64,000 nucleotides of DNA from a virus. Every line of letters begins with the position of its first letter. The stretch's first letter is position 1. This document shows, in pieces, positions 26,977 through 36,710 of the stretch. A program made the position numbers and the translations under genes. The notes beneath the pieces are model-generated. The model had not been told where the DNA came from, did not search any database, and worked only from the letters and a program-made list of their open reading frames with translations. The DNA lies in IMG/VR virus record IMGVR_UViG_3300037755_000828, positions 30,860 to 94,859 of that record. One strand, given 5' to 3'.

Positions 26977-27834
26977 TCAGGCGCTGGCGACCTCGCTCCG
27001 GCTCACCAGCGTCACGTTGGGAACGAGGCCGGACCCGACCATTGAGCGCGCACCAGTGACGGGGTCGTTCCACCGCCCGGTTTGGAGCGGGAGGTTGGCG
27101 TCGAGCCACTCTCGACGCTCGAACAACCCAGCGGGGATGGGGAGCCCGTGCGCCCGAAAGGTTAGACCGTGGTAGTCCTCGGCGAGATCCGGATCCGCGC
27201 TTAGCTCAGCGGCAATGATATGCAGTGCGGCGTTGGTCCAAGCGATGGACTCGGCAGAACTCGGAGCCTCGACTGACCGCCAGATGCAGTAGCGCACCAG
27301 CCAGTCCCAGTCATCGTCGAGCAGACGGAGCGCCCCCACGACGTGCGTGGGCGCAGGCGTCATCTCATCGACGCCACCGAAAACCCAGGCGATCGCAGCA
27401 TCCCAAGCCCCGCCATCGCTCGCATGGTGACGGCCTTTGCCGAGGTGCCGCGCCCACGCCATCCGCTGCGTGGCGCCGCCGTAGAGCCCAAGTCGTCCGC
27501 CCGAACCGTGCAACTCGACAGCCGCGATAGCGCGGAGGCAATCGACGACGCCCGTGCTCAGCTCAATGCCGCCCTGCAGATCCATGGCATCGACAAAACG
27601 GGCCTCGCCCGCGTCTGGACCCGACGAACTCCACGCCTCGGGGTCTACGAGGTCGATCGCCAACTGGGCAAGCGCCCACTCGACGCATCGCACCCGGGAG
27701 GCATGCCGCTCCGGGGCTCGAGCTTCGATGCGAAGCGAGCGAGCTGGCTCGGGCCATTCCGAGCCAGGGTCATGATCGGCACGAACGAGCGCAGGGGCGG
27801 AGGCGAGGATGGTGAAGGTGGTTTCGGTGGTCAT
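26977..27834 (-). CDS. Hypothetical protein
   Basis: A-rich RBS region, 285 aa. Confidence 0.7.
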   Translation of the reverse strand: MTTETTFTILASAPALVRADHDPGSEWPEPARSLRIEARAPERHASRVRCVEWALAQLAIDLVDPEAWSSSGPDAGEARFVDAMDLQGGIELSTGVVDCLRAIAAVELHGSGGRLGLYGGATQRMAWARHLGKGRHHASDGGAWDAAIAWVFGGVDEMTPAPTHVVGALRLLDDDWDWLVRYCIWRSVEAPSSAESIAWTNAALHIIAAELSADPDLAEDYHGLTFRAHGLPIPAGLFERREWLDANLPLQTGRWNDPVTGARSMVGSGLVPNVTLVSRSEVASA

Positions 27835-27929
27835 TGTTGGTTTTCTTTCGTGCCCCTCATCCGCGGGGCCGGGCGGTGCCGCGTCATGCGGCTCAACAGC
27901 TGTCGTAGTTCGCGGCGGATCGATCCCCC

Positions 27930-27955
27930 GACGTCGAAAGTATTTTCGCTATTCC
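27930..27955 (-). promoter_or_regulatory. ECF-type promoter GGAAT-N18-GTC (leadered)
   Basis: Overlaps GAA TAG stop of upstream gene; next start is 27834. Confidence 0.7.
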
Positions 27956-28287
27956 TTCGCGCGCCGTCGCAGCTCACGGGCCGCTTTCGATCGCGCGGGG
28001 TTCTTCAGGTAGAAGAACTCCGTCTCGACACCCAGCAGCTTCGCCCACCTCGCGACCATCTCTGGACTCGGCCACTTTGGGGATGGGCGGTCGCCCAGGA
28101 TCCCGCCCTTGGTCGGATGGGTGTACTTTCGCAGTGCGACCTTGCACACCGCAGGGCTGCCTTTGGACATCCCAGCTGCAGCAGCGAAGTCGGCCGGCTC
28201 CCAACCGAGGATGGACAGGGCCTTCAGCAGATTGCTGCCTGGCCGAGCGCGCAGTTCGGCCGTTGCTTCACTGACGGCGTCACTCAT
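27949..28287 (-). CDS. XRE-like HTH regulator
   Basis: LGWEPADFAAAAGMS...PSPEMVARWAKLLGVETEFF. Confidence 0.65.
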   Translation of the reverse strand: MSDAVSEATAELRARPGSNLLKALSILGWEPADFAAAAGMSKGSPAVCKVALRKYTHPTKGGILGDRPSPKWPSPEMVARWAKLLGVETEFFYLKNPARSKAARELRRRAKE

Positions 28288-28693
28288 CGAGCTTGCTCCC
28301 GCCGGCTCGGGGAATGAAGTCTCCGTCCGCGTATAAAACACCGTCCGCGTCGATGTGAGTCGGGAACATGCCCTTGGCGACCGCGCGCGGATCGAAGTGC
28401 GCGGGCTCGGCCGAGGGCTTGGGCTCGGGCAGAGGGCCAGCGTCAAGGATCGCGGGTCGACCCGGGATCCGGATGACCGCCGATGTGGCGCAGCTTAGCG
28501 CCCGCGTGGCGAGCTGCTCAACATTGGAGACGTGGCGGCGGTAGGCTGCCATCTCCTCATCGACGTACGCGAACGCGGCCAGGAACCCGTGCGTGAACGC
28601 GGCCTCGCCATCCTGCCGAACCTCGCCACGCTCGAGCGCGAGAGCGAAGGCGCGCTCCGCCATGATCTCGACCTTGCCTTGACTCGTGGTCAT
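28280..28693 (-). CDS. Hypothetical protein
   Basis: ATGA coupling to sigma gene; no anti-sigma HxxxCxxC motif. Confidence 0.65.
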   Translation of the reverse strand: MTTSQGKVEIMAERAFALALERGEVRQDGEAAFTHGFLAAFAYVDEEMAAYRRHVSNVEQLATRALSCATSAVIRIPGRPAILDAGPLPEPKPSAEPAHFDPRAVAKGMFPTHIDADGVLYADGDFIPRAGGSKLDE

Positions 28694-29337
28694 GCGCTTG
28701 CGCTCCGCTCGGTCATGCGCGTGCTCGCGCGGTTGCCCGGCTCGGTGTCGCCGTCGCGCACGAAGCCGATCTCGCTCGCGTGATCGTGCAGCAGCTTGTG
28801 CAAGATCCTGCGGCCTCGGTAGATCCGGCTCATGACCGTGCCGAGCGGGCACTCCATGTAGTCGGCGATCTCCTTGTAAGACAGGCCTTCGAAGTCGGCG
28901 AGGGTGATCGCTAGTCGATAATCCGTCGGCAAAGAGTCGAGGGCTTCGAGGACCCGGGCCTGCGTGACCCCGGCGGAGACGGCCTCCTCGGGGCCCGGCG
29001 GATGACTGTTCGAGTTGCCGAGCGCGACGGTGTCGCCGATCGCGTTCATCTGCGAAGTCACGTCGCTCTCGAAGCGACGCTTGCGACCCCGGCGGTGATA
29101 GCCGGTGATGAACGTGTTGCGCACGATCGTGAACATCCACGCCTTGATGTTGGTGCCCGGCTGAAACGAACTCCAGAACCGGAAGGCCCGCACCAGCGAG
29201 TCCTGAACGAGATCCTCGGCTTCCTCCGGGTTTCGGGTCAGGCGCATCGCCGCGCCGTAGAGGTTGTTGTAGAGAGGCAACACAGCCGCCTCGAACTCGC
29301 GCCTCGCGGCGGCTGGCATCTCGATGTGGGCGCTCAT
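28690..29337 (-). CDS. ECF RNA polymerase sigma factor, SigH/SigR (ECF12)-like
   Basis: LYGAAMRLTRNPEEAEDLVQD, FQPGTNIKAW, SYKEIADYMECPLGTVMSRIYRGR. Confidence 0.96.
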   Translation of the reverse strand: MSAHIEMPAAARREFEAAVLPLYNNLYGAAMRLTRNPEEAEDLVQDSLVRAFRFWSSFQPGTNIKAWMFTIVRNTFITGYHRRGRKRRFESDVTSQMNAIGDTVALGNSNSHPPGPEEAVSAGVTQARVLEALDSLPTDYRLAITLADFEGLSYKEIADYMECPLGTVMSRIYRGRRILHKLLHDHASEIGFVRDGDTEPGNRASTRMTERSASA

Positions 29338-29478
29338 CAGGGTGCGCTCGATTCTGGTTTAGTCGTTGGATCTTGGGTGTTTGTCACGGGTGTGGTCGAT
29401 CCTGTCTGGGTCTGCACGATGCGATGCAGCTGGGTCGGCCTGTATCACGGAACGACACCACCACGTCGGAGAGCACGC

Positions 29479-30111
29479 TCACCCGACGCTCCGCTGCTCG
29501 GTGACGAGCTCGACCCCGGCGAAGGCGGCCGCGGCCGCGATGCGGTCGCTGATCGAGTCGGGCACGGCGAGGCCGCTCGCCGGGTTGACGATCGCGCGCC
29601 CCGTCATCGCGGCCAGGAGGGCGCAATCCCGGGCCTTCATCAGGCCGCCAACGCGGGCCTTCGGCTCACTGGCGATGGTGATGGTTGAGCGGTGCTTCCC
29701 GGCGCCGACACGCACCGACCAGGCAAGGCCCGTGCGGCGACGGAGGAGATCGCGATACGCGACCACGGCCGCATCGACGTCGGCGGCGAGGCCAGGCAGC
29801 CGGCGGACCTCGAGTTCGTCGAGCACAACCGGTGCCGGCGGCCTCACCCGAATCGCGTCGGCGAGGATGACCTGCAGCGCGAGGTCGATGCGCAGCACCG
29901 TGGTCGTGTTCGCCCCGTAGGTGGCGATGAGCCGCTGTCGCGGGGCTGGACCTCGGACCGCGGCGGATAGCGGCTCCGGGGAGATCGACGCCGGCACGCC
30001 TTCGACCGTCATAGTGACGGTCTCCTCGAGCGACGCGCCCGAGCGGAAAAGCTCGTCGAGCAGACGCCAGCGCGACGGCGACATCTTGGGTTGTGGACAT
30101 TGGTAGGTCAT
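29479..30111 (-). CDS. Hypothetical protein
   Basis: GC3-biased ORF. Confidence 0.6.
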   Translation of the reverse strand: MTYQCPQPKMSPSRWRLLDELFRSGASLEETVTMTVEGVPASISPEPLSAAVRGPAPRQRLIATYGANTTTVLRIDLALQVILADAIRVRPPAPVVLDELEVRRLPGLAADVDAAVVAYRDLLRRRTGLAWSVRVGAGKHRSTITIASEPKARVGGLMKARDCALLAAMTGRAIVNPASGLAVPDSISDRIAAAAAFAGVELVTEQRSVG

Positions 30112-30147
30112 GGCGTGGGCCTCGGCTCGGAGTCGGCGAGCATGGCT

Positions 30148-30795
30148 CTACGCCCGCGCAGCCATGTCGACCGACGAGACGATCCCGTCGAGGGCCGACC
30201 GCATGTCGTCGCTGCCCCGGCCGAACGCGTGTTCCAGCGCGCGAATGAACGAGTCCGAGCACCAGCCGTCGAGCGGAGCGCTGCCGGTCCCGTAGTGCGT
30301 GTTCGACTGCCGGTACAACTCGACATCGGCGTCGACGGTCGTGGTCCCTGCATGGCGGCATAGGGCCCAACCGGCTTCAAGTCGCTCGATGTAGCCTCCG
30401 TCGAAGACATCGCGTTCACCGATGTCGAGCAGGCCGAGCAGGTCCGCATCAAAGTGCAGCCCGTGAGCAATGCCCATGTCCAGCACAGCACCGTCCGCAT
30501 CGCCTTTGCAGCTGGCGATCAGCTTGTAGCTCGGAACGGTGACCCGCACTCGAGCGATGGCGACCTCACCGTCTGCATCGACGCTCAGCACGGCGATGAT
30601 CGTGCGCTTAGTCGGAGGTTGGTCGGTCTCGGTGACCGTCAGCTCATCGCGGGTGCTGCCCTCGACACGGGCGAGTAGGTCGGCGAGATCGAGGTAGCCG
30701 GCCGCGTGGGCGTAGGCATCGAGCGCGGCGGCCTCGGTGTCGGCGGTAAAGATGCCCATGTCGGTTTCGTTGGCGTGGATCTGGTAGCTGGTCAT
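30148..30795 (-). CDS. Hypothetical protein
   Basis: RBS CTACAAGGAACAC, shared with the gene at 2790. Confidence 0.75.
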   Translation of the reverse strand: MTSYQIHANETDMGIFTADTEAAALDAYAHAAGYLDLADLLARVEGSTRDELTVTETDQPPTKRTIIAVLSVDADGEVAIARVRVTVPSYKLIASCKGDADGAVLDMGIAHGLHFDADLLGLLDIGERDVFDGGYIERLEAGWALCRHAGTTTVDADVELYRQSNTHYGTGSAPLDGWCSDSFIRALEHAFGRGSDDMRSALDGIVSSVDMAARA

Positions 30796-30830
30796 TGGCG
30801 GTGTTCCTTGTAGTTCGTCTGGTCGTCTGT

Positions 30831-31055
30831 CTACTCGCCCGCGGAGATGCGGAGCACTTGCTGGCCGGCGCGGTCGATCCAGACGCGGTCGCCGACGTCG
30901 ACGGTGACGCCATCCGCGACGGGCACGAGCAGACAGCCGGCGTAGGCGTCAGCGTGCATGCCGGCGGCTTCGGCCTCTTCTTGCGAGCCGACGAACTCGA
31001 CGGTCGCGCGGTTCGGGGTGACGTCGGAGATTAGGGCGTAGGTCGGGTTGGTCAT
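30831..31055 (-). CDS. Hypothetical protein
   Basis: RBS AGAAGGA. Confidence 0.7.
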   Translation of the reverse strand: MTNPTYALISDVTPNRATVEFVGSQEEAEAAGMHADAYAGCLLVPVADGVTVDVGDRVWIDRAGQQVLRISAGE

Positions 31056-31128
31056 GGGTCGGGTCCTTCTACTGGCGAAGCCCCGCGCGGACGTCTCCGG
31101 CGGGGCTGTGGTTGAGGCGCTCTCGAAC

Positions 31129-31332
31129 TCAGCGCTTGGGGACATGGCCGAAGGCGGCGGCCTCGCGAGCAACCCGCTCCGCGACGCTCTCCCGACGTGA
31201 GCTCTTGCGGAGCCCAAGAGCGCTGCCGCTGCTGCGAGTCAGCCGAGCACTACGCTCGGTCGGCGTGTACGCCGGCTGCTGAACGGGGATGCAGGCGACA
31301 ACGACGAAGAAGAAGTGCGTCGGGGTGTTCAT
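31129..31332 (-). CDS. Hypothetical early protein
   Basis: First ORF after operator-controlled promoter. Confidence 0.6.
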   Translation of the reverse strand: MNTPTHFFFVVVACIPVQQPAYTPTERSARLTRSSGSALGLRKSSRRESVAERVAREAAAFGHVPKR

Positions 31333-31341
31333 GCTTCACCC

Positions 31342-31370
31342 GGTATAGTCCCGCGGGGACTATACGTCAA
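31342..31370 (-). promoter_or_regulatory. Sigma70-type promoter TTGACG-N17-TATACC overlapped by operator TATAGTCCC-N3-GGGACTATA
   Basis: 10-bp-arm palindrome 31343-31365; same 21-mer as 10348-10368. Confidence 0.85.
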
Positions 31371-31508
31371 GAGGTTGTTTTCGCGCTCGTTTGGCCGGTC
31401 CGAGTGTCGCGCGGTCCGAGTGTGCTACATCCGCGCGCCGAGCTACTGCGCGAGCGGATGCCGAGCACGCTGAGGCCATCCCGGACTGCGCAGCGCTCGG
31501 ACCGCGGC

Positions 31509-32654
31509 TCAGTACGGGCCTTCTGGTGCGCACTTATTGGATGGCCGATCTGTCGAGATGATCGTCGGGGCGCAGATGACCCGCAGCGTGTGGGTCTCGT
31601 TCGACCTCCGTTGCAAGAGGTCAGCAATCGACCCGCGTGGATCGGGAAGGTCGCCTGCCTTGTGCATGCGCCCAAGGCAGGCGAGGTCCGAGGCGAGCAT
31701 CTCGCCACCATCTGGTCCGAGATCGACACCGAGCAGCCCGACAGCTCGGCAGATCTCGGCGTGCGATTCGCTGTCGAGACGATCGACTCGATGATGGATG
31801 TCGAGCCGTCCACTGCGTACAAGCGCTGCGTCCATCAGAGGCCCGTCGCCGTGCCGGTTGTCGGGTGCGGTGTTGCTCGTGCAGATCGTAATCACGCCGG
31901 CTCCGGTGAGCGCGTCGAGCAACTCGAGCAGGGAGACATCACCGATCCGATCGATGTCGTCCACGATCACCGCCCCGGGCGACAGCCGCACGAGCGCGTG
32001 GGTCATGTTTCGAGACACGTGCTCGGCCGAGAGCCGGAAGTATCCACCCGTGCATTCATGGGCGATCGAGCACGCGGCCGTTGTCTTCGCACTACCTTGC
32101 GGTCCGTAGAGCAGGACCGACGTGGCAACGTTGGCGACGACGTACTTGCGAATCCGGTCGGATAGCATGCGCTCCGAGTTCGTCAGCGCACGTGTGTTGG
32201 TTGGGCGGTCAGCCTCGACGCGGAGGTATCCCTCCGTGGTCTCGGTCAACACCGCGCACGGGAGTCGGCGAGCGAACTCTTGCTGAATTATCTCCCACAG
32301 ATCGGCCTCACTTCCGCGGATCTCCGTGTGCCCGTCGACGGACGCTTGTCGCGTGCCATCGGACGAGTTCTCGCAGCACACCCATGTGTGCCCGACACGG
32401 TTCCACCTCGGCTTCATGTCGAACACCGAGTGCATCAGCCGCTTGACCTCCATGCTGTGGATCACCGTCGTCTCGTCGGAGACGGACGTCCAGATCTTGG
32501 CGTACCTGGCGATGACGCCAACCGCTGCGAGAACCTTTACAGCGCGGTTCTCGATCCCGAGCCCACGCAGACCTTCGAGGACTGTGCCCGATTCGACCTG
32601 CACCCAATCGAGCGCGCGGTGGATAGCGAGCCTCCGCTTGAACGGATCCATCAC
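31509..32654 (-). CDS. AAA+ ATPase
   Basis: LLYGPQGSAKT, VIVDDID, TSN, DAALVRSGRLD. Confidence 0.85.
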   Translation of the reverse strand: MMDPFKRRLAIHRALDWVQVESGTVLEGLRGLGIENRAVKVLAAVGVIARYAKIWTSVSDETTVIHSMEVKRLMHSVFDMKPRWNRVGHTWVCCENSSDGTRQASVDGHTEIRGSEADLWEIIQQEFARRLPCAVLTETTEGYLRVEADRPTNTRALTNSERMLSDRIRKYVVANVATSVLLYGPQGSAKTTAACSIAHECTGGYFRLSAEHVSRNMTHALVRLSPGAVIVDDIDRIGDVSLLELLDALTGAGVITICTSNTAPDNRHGDGPLMDAALVRSGRLDIHHRVDRLDSESHAEICRAVGLLGVDLGPDGGEMLASDLACLGRMHKAGDLPDPRGSIADLLQRRSNETHTLRVICAPTIISTDRPSNKCAPEGPY

Positions 32655-32899
32655 CGCAGCTCCTTGGCGAAGCGCTGCGTCACGAGCACGACGCCGAGCC
32701 CTCGCTTGCGCCCGCTGTCCATCAGCTGGATCACCGCGCCGCGGCTCGCCTGCTCAATCAGCAGGCGGGTCGCGTGGCTCTTGCCGCCGCCGCTGTTGCT
32801 GCACACGAAGAGGCGATCGCTCACCACCTTGAGCGGGTCGAGTTGTACCGGCGTCGCTCCGGGTGCGGTCAGGACGATTGGCGTGAAGGTCTGCGTCAC
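32651..32899 (-). pseudogene. Internally deleted HerA/DUF87-like ATPase remnant
   Basis: NSGGGKS Walker A joined directly to GRKRGLGVVLVTQR. Confidence 0.7.
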
Positions 32900-32907
32900 G
32901 GCGCGCC

Positions 32908-32933
32908 GACCGAGCGTGGTGCTCGCCTATTCC
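32908..32933 (-). promoter_or_regulatory. ECF-type promoter GGAAT-N18-GTC
   Basis: 29 nt to GTG 32899. Confidence 0.8.
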
Positions 32934-33340
32934 CCTGGCGCGGCGACGCGCGATTCGACAAGCGCGAGGCGAACGGGCTCAGACCAGGCGCCACCCTCGA
33001 CTATCACCGGCTCGCCGAGCATCGCTCGGAGGATCGTCGCACCGTGAGCTCGCCCGTCCGCCTCCAGCCAATCGGCGATCACATAGGCGTCGGAAACCGC
33101 GAGCCGGGTGTGGCCGATCAGCTCCATCCCGAACGCGATCCAGATGCGGAGCGAGTGCACCGAGCTCGCGCCGATCCGCGTCGAGGCCCTGACCGCTGCG
33201 AGCGGCTGCGCCTGGCACCATCGATCGACGTGCGACCTGCAGATGGGCAGCGCAGCGCAGGCCCATGCTCGGCAGGGTCGGGCGTTCGTGCTCGCCGTGC
33301 CGGGGATGGTGGTGCTGCACCTGGTCTTCGCGCGGGCCAT
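32927..33340 (-). CDS. Hypothetical protein (Cys-rich N-terminus, ADWLE motif)
   Basis: YVIADWLEADG resembles TIGR02996. Confidence 0.55.
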   Translation of the reverse strand: MARAKTRCSTTIPGTASTNARPCRAWACAALPICRSHVDRWCQAQPLAAVRASTRIGASSVHSLRIWIAFGMELIGHTRLAVSDAYVIADWLEADGRAHGATILRAMLGEPVIVEGGAWSEPVRLALVESRVAAPGE

Positions 33341-33342
33341 GC

Positions 33343-33612
33343 TCAGCCCTTCGCATCCGGCTCGTAGTAGTGGACCACCATGCACCCGTCGTCGGAGACG
33401 CGGGTGCTCGGCTTGGGCAGCGTAGCGAGCAGCCGCTCAGACTCCGCGAGCACGCGCTGCGCGTCGCCAGCGTCCTGCGTGTGCCACTTGCAGCTGTTGG
33501 CCGCGCGCCACAGCAGGTGGTTGGCGTCGTGCAGCAGTGCCGCGAGTTGCAGTTCCACAGTGTTGTTGGGCATGTCCTGTCCACGGTCGATGGTGTCGCG
33601 CTCGGCGAACAT
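33343..33612 (-). CDS. Hypothetical protein
   Basis: GGAG upstream; fills operon. Confidence 0.55.
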   Translation of the reverse strand: MFAERDTIDRGQDMPNNTVELQLAALLHDANHLLWRAANSCKWHTQDAGDAQRVLAESERLLATLPKPSTRVSDDGCMVVHYYEPDAKG

Positions 33613-33614
33613 GC

Positions 33615-34604
33615 TCAGCTCTTCTCCGCGAGCACGCGACCGTGTCCGAGCCGAGCTCGGCGACCGTTGGGGTCCGGCAGCTCGATGTCCGCCGCGGATT
33701 CGTAGCCGGCCGACCACGCATCGTTGTCGATCGTCGCGCCCGTTGACTTGGCGGTGTTGAACGGCGTCGCGCCGTAGGAGTCCGACAAGAACCGCGTCGA
33801 CTCTTCGACCGCCTCGGTCAGCACCATCGCCGCGCTCATGCCCAGCTCGGCGCCTTCGTCCGCCGCCGCTTGGAGAGCTGCGTTGTCTTCCTTCGCCATC
33901 CTGTTGCGCAGCCCCGCGACGCAGCCCAGCCGCGCCGAGTTGAGCGCGGTCTTGCCCATGCCCTTGGCGATCTGCCGCGAGTTCTTGTCGACGGAGTTCA
34001 GCAGCACGCGATAGACGTAGATCGCTGCGTCGGCCATCGTGCCGCGGCCTATCATGACCAGGCGTTTCTCTCGGACGATCTCGTACTCCAGCGCGCTCCC
34101 TCGATAGCGATTCGCGTCGTGCTCGACTCCACGCGGTGATCCACCGCCAGCATGCGCCGCGCTCTTGATCTCCCAGGTCTTGAGCGGGTTCGCGTAGAGA
34201 CCTTCGAGCACGAGCCACGGTCCATCCTCGTGTTCCTCGACCACGGCCGTGCCGCGATGCTCGAGGCTGGGCCAGGCGTCGCAGATGGCGAGATCGAGGT
34301 TGATCTCGGATGTGTGCACCGCGATGGCGTAGCGCTCGGTCGACCACGGCACGCAGCCGTGTGCCTTCGCTACAACCCACGCGAGGGACCATTTGTAGCG
34401 AGGCTGCTTCGCGCCACCGATCACGACATCGGAGGGTCGGGTGACGAGCGGATCTTCAGCTTGGAAGTCAGCCGACGACCGCAGCTCGAGATGGTATTTG
34501 CGGGCAAGAGCGTTCGCTCGCGCGAGCGCGTTCTCGGCCTCTTCGGTCGTGCCGGCGTTTTCGGCCAGCAGCTGCAGTTTCTCCAACTTCGCTACGACGT
34601 CCAT
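33615..34604 (-). CDS. DUF2786 domain protein
   Basis: KLEKLQLLAE...EEAENALARANALARKY. Confidence 0.8.
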   Translation of the reverse strand: MDVVAKLEKLQLLAENAGTTEEAENALARANALARKYHLELRSSADFQAEDPLVTRPSDVVIGGAKQPRYKWSLAWVVAKAHGCVPWSTERYAIAVHTSEINLDLAICDAWPSLEHRGTAVVEEHEDGPWLVLEGLYANPLKTWEIKSAAHAGGGSPRGVEHDANRYRGSALEYEIVREKRLVMIGRGTMADAAIYVYRVLLNSVDKNSRQIAKGMGKTALNSARLGCVAGLRNRMAKEDNAALQAAADEGAELGMSAAMVLTEAVEESTRFLSDSYGATPFNTAKSTGATIDNDAWSAGYESAADIELPDPNGRRARLGHGRVLAEKS

Positions 34605-35524
34605 TAGATCAGCTCCTCTTGTTCACCCAATCGAATCAGCTCTCGAATCTTGGCACGCGCTGCGAGCGATTGCTCGTCGACGCGAGCGCGTGCGGACCAG
34701 TCGATCAGCGGCGTGATCGCATCTTCGACGAGCTGCTGTAGCACGTGCGCTGGCAGGCCATCGAGTTCGTAGGCGAGCTCGCCGTACTCCTCGGTGTACG
34801 CCGCAGCGCGCGGATCGTCTTTCTTGTCGGCGCGCCCAACCTTCAGAGCGCGGCCGAGAAGCCCGTGCGCCTCTGCTTGCTGTGGCGTCAGGCCGAGCCG
34901 CTGCACGTGGACGTCCTCGCCGCTCAGCTCCGTCAGCATCTTGCGGATGTACTTCGGCATCGACACACCCGACGGGTCGAGATCGGACAGCACGAAGACG
35001 ATCTGGCGCTGGTCCAGTCCGGCGTAGTGGATCTGCCGCTCGCTCCCGCGGAACAGAGAATCGTGCGACGTGAACCCGCCGCACGTCACCAGCGGCACGC
35101 CGAGCTTCGCACACACGGGCCACACGATGGCCTCGAGCGCGGCCTGCTCGAGCCAGACCTCAATGCGGAATTGCTGGCCGGCGTTGGCGTCGAACCGGAA
35201 GGACGCCGCGAGCTGGTCGAGCGCGGCGCGGATGCTCGTGTTGTAGCCCGGCAGCAGGGGCTCGCGCGTGCGGTCCTCGATCACGTTCCAGGCGATCCGG
35301 CCGGTGACTCGGCCATCGCGGATCGCCCCGAGTATCGACTTGTAGGCCTTCTGCCCGCTCTCGACGACACCATCGTTGACGGCCCTGTAGTAGACCTGGC
35401 GCACCGTGACGGGCCCGACCTCGGCGAAAGCTCGCTCGACGATCTTCGCTATGGTCGCGATGAACTCGGCGCGCTCGGGCGTGAAGCGCTTGTCCTCGAT
35501 CGCTTTGTAGTAGGGGACGATCAT
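34604..35524 (-). CDS. Toprim-domain protein (Topo VI-A/JetD-like)
   Basis: TVRQVYY, IEVWLE, GFTS, SDLDPSG, YELDGL. Confidence 0.8.
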   Translation of the reverse strand: MIVPYYKAIEDKRFTPERAEFIATIAKIVERAFAEVGPVTVRQVYYRAVNDGVVESGQKAYKSILGAIRDGRVTGRIAWNVIEDRTREPLLPGYNTSIRAALDQLAASFRFDANAGQQFRIEVWLEQAALEAIVWPVCAKLGVPLVTCGGFTSHDSLFRGSERQIHYAGLDQRQIVFVLSDLDPSGVSMPKYIRKMLTELSGEDVHVQRLGLTPQQAEAHGLLGRALKVGRADKKDDPRAAAYTEEYGELAYELDGLPAHVLQQLVEDAITPLIDWSARARVDEQSLAARAKIRELIRLGEQEELI

Positions 35525-36348
35525 CCTTCGGCACCCCCGCGAGAAATACCCGCGTCCTTGATCCCGAGGATGTTTCGAGCGCAGTCGCATCCGAACCAGA
35601 ACCCGTGCTCGGTGCCCGCTTTGTTGGCGATCAGGACCGGCACGAACCGTCCCGATGGGATGCTCTTGCCGCATGCTTCGCAGTCCCGGTCGGCGAACCG
35701 ACTCAAGCCGAACACCGTGCCCGCTGGCCACTTCACGAAGTAGACCTTGACCATCTTGGGCGCGCCGTCGGAACGAAAGACGAGCGCGAAGTTCTTGTCG
35801 CGTTCCTGCTCCCATCGCCAGTCGATCGGGGCCATACGGCGCGTGGCCAGGTCGAGATCGATCCCGATGTCCTGCAGCGTCGCGGTGACCTTGGGACTCA
35901 GCCCGATCTCAGTGTAGACGGGCAGCGGTCGGCTCGCGTCCAGGTCGGTGTAGATATCGCGCAGCACGACCATGAGCCGCAGCCACGCTCGGGTCACTTC
36001 GACGGAGATCTTCGGGGCGATGGCTTGCAGGTCGTCGTCCGTCGCCACGTCCAGCTCTTCGGCGCGTAGGCTCTGCCCGTGCTGGGCAGCGAAGTAGACC
36101 CGCCATAGCGCTTCCCTGCGCGCGTCGCCGTGCACCAGGCCAGGGCTTTTCATGTGCTTGCCGGCGGTAAGACCCTTATTGATGCCCTTGTCCGCACGCC
36201 GACGGCCGTGGCTCAACCACGTGCCCTGTTCGGCGCTCGCTCGGATGACCGCGATGCTGTCCGTGAACATGGTCAGCCGCGCCCCCGTGAAGTGGCCGGA
36301 GAGGATTGCAACGTCCGCGTCATCGAGAGTCGGAAGGGGCTCGGTCAT
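35521..36348 (-). CDS. Hypothetical protein with C-terminal zinc finger
   Basis: CEACGK...FGCDCA. Confidence 0.75.
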   Translation of the reverse strand: MTEPLPTLDDADVAILSGHFTGARLTMFTDSIAVIRASAEQGTWLSHGRRRADKGINKGLTAGKHMKSPGLVHGDARREALWRVYFAAQHGQSLRAEELDVATDDDLQAIAPKISVEVTRAWLRLMVVLRDIYTDLDASRPLPVYTEIGLSPKVTATLQDIGIDLDLATRRMAPIDWRWEQERDKNFALVFRSDGAPKMVKVYFVKWPAGTVFGLSRFADRDCEACGKSIPSGRFVPVLIANKAGTEHGFWFGCDCARNILGIKDAGISRGGAEG

Positions 36349-36356
36349 GTGGCGGT

Positions 36357-36382
36357 GACCTGACGCGGGCGCCGCCTATTCC
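36357..36382 (-). promoter_or_regulatory. ECF-type promoter GGAAT-N18-GTC
   Basis: 29 nt to ATG 36348. Confidence 0.85.
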
Positions 36383-36702
36383 CGCAGCTCCTGTGCGCCG
36401 TGCCAGCTCTCGGGCACCTGTTGCTCGAATGTGAAGTTGGCCTGCATGATACCTTCGGCCATGCACCGACGGAACCGACCCGCAATCTCCCACCCCAGAT
36501 CCGTCAGATCGAACAGCGGCGCAACCGGATCGTCTTTTATGAGCAACAGCACCCCGTCGTTGACCATCTGCATCATCGCATCCCAGGTCGTGTGCGTATG
36601 GGCGGAGCGGAGCGCTTGTTGATAACCACCGACGAGACGGCGCTCGAGGTAGTAGATCTCGCACCAGTGGATTTGGGTGTAGCTGTCGAACTTCGTGCTC
36701 AC
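36376..36702 (-). CDS. Hypothetical protein
   Basis: Start 29 nt from ECF -35. Confidence 0.7.
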   Translation of the reverse strand: MSTKFDSYTQIHWCEIYYLERRLVGGYQQALRSAHTHTTWDAMMQMVNDGVLLLIKDDPVAPLFDLTDLGWEIAGRFRRCMAEGIMQANFTFEQQVPESWHGAQELRE

Positions 36703-36710
36703 GCGCCACG

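Noticed and set aside
28280-28693. Anti-sigma factor downstream of the ECF sigma
   Set aside because: No HxxxCxxC zinc motif or TM segment
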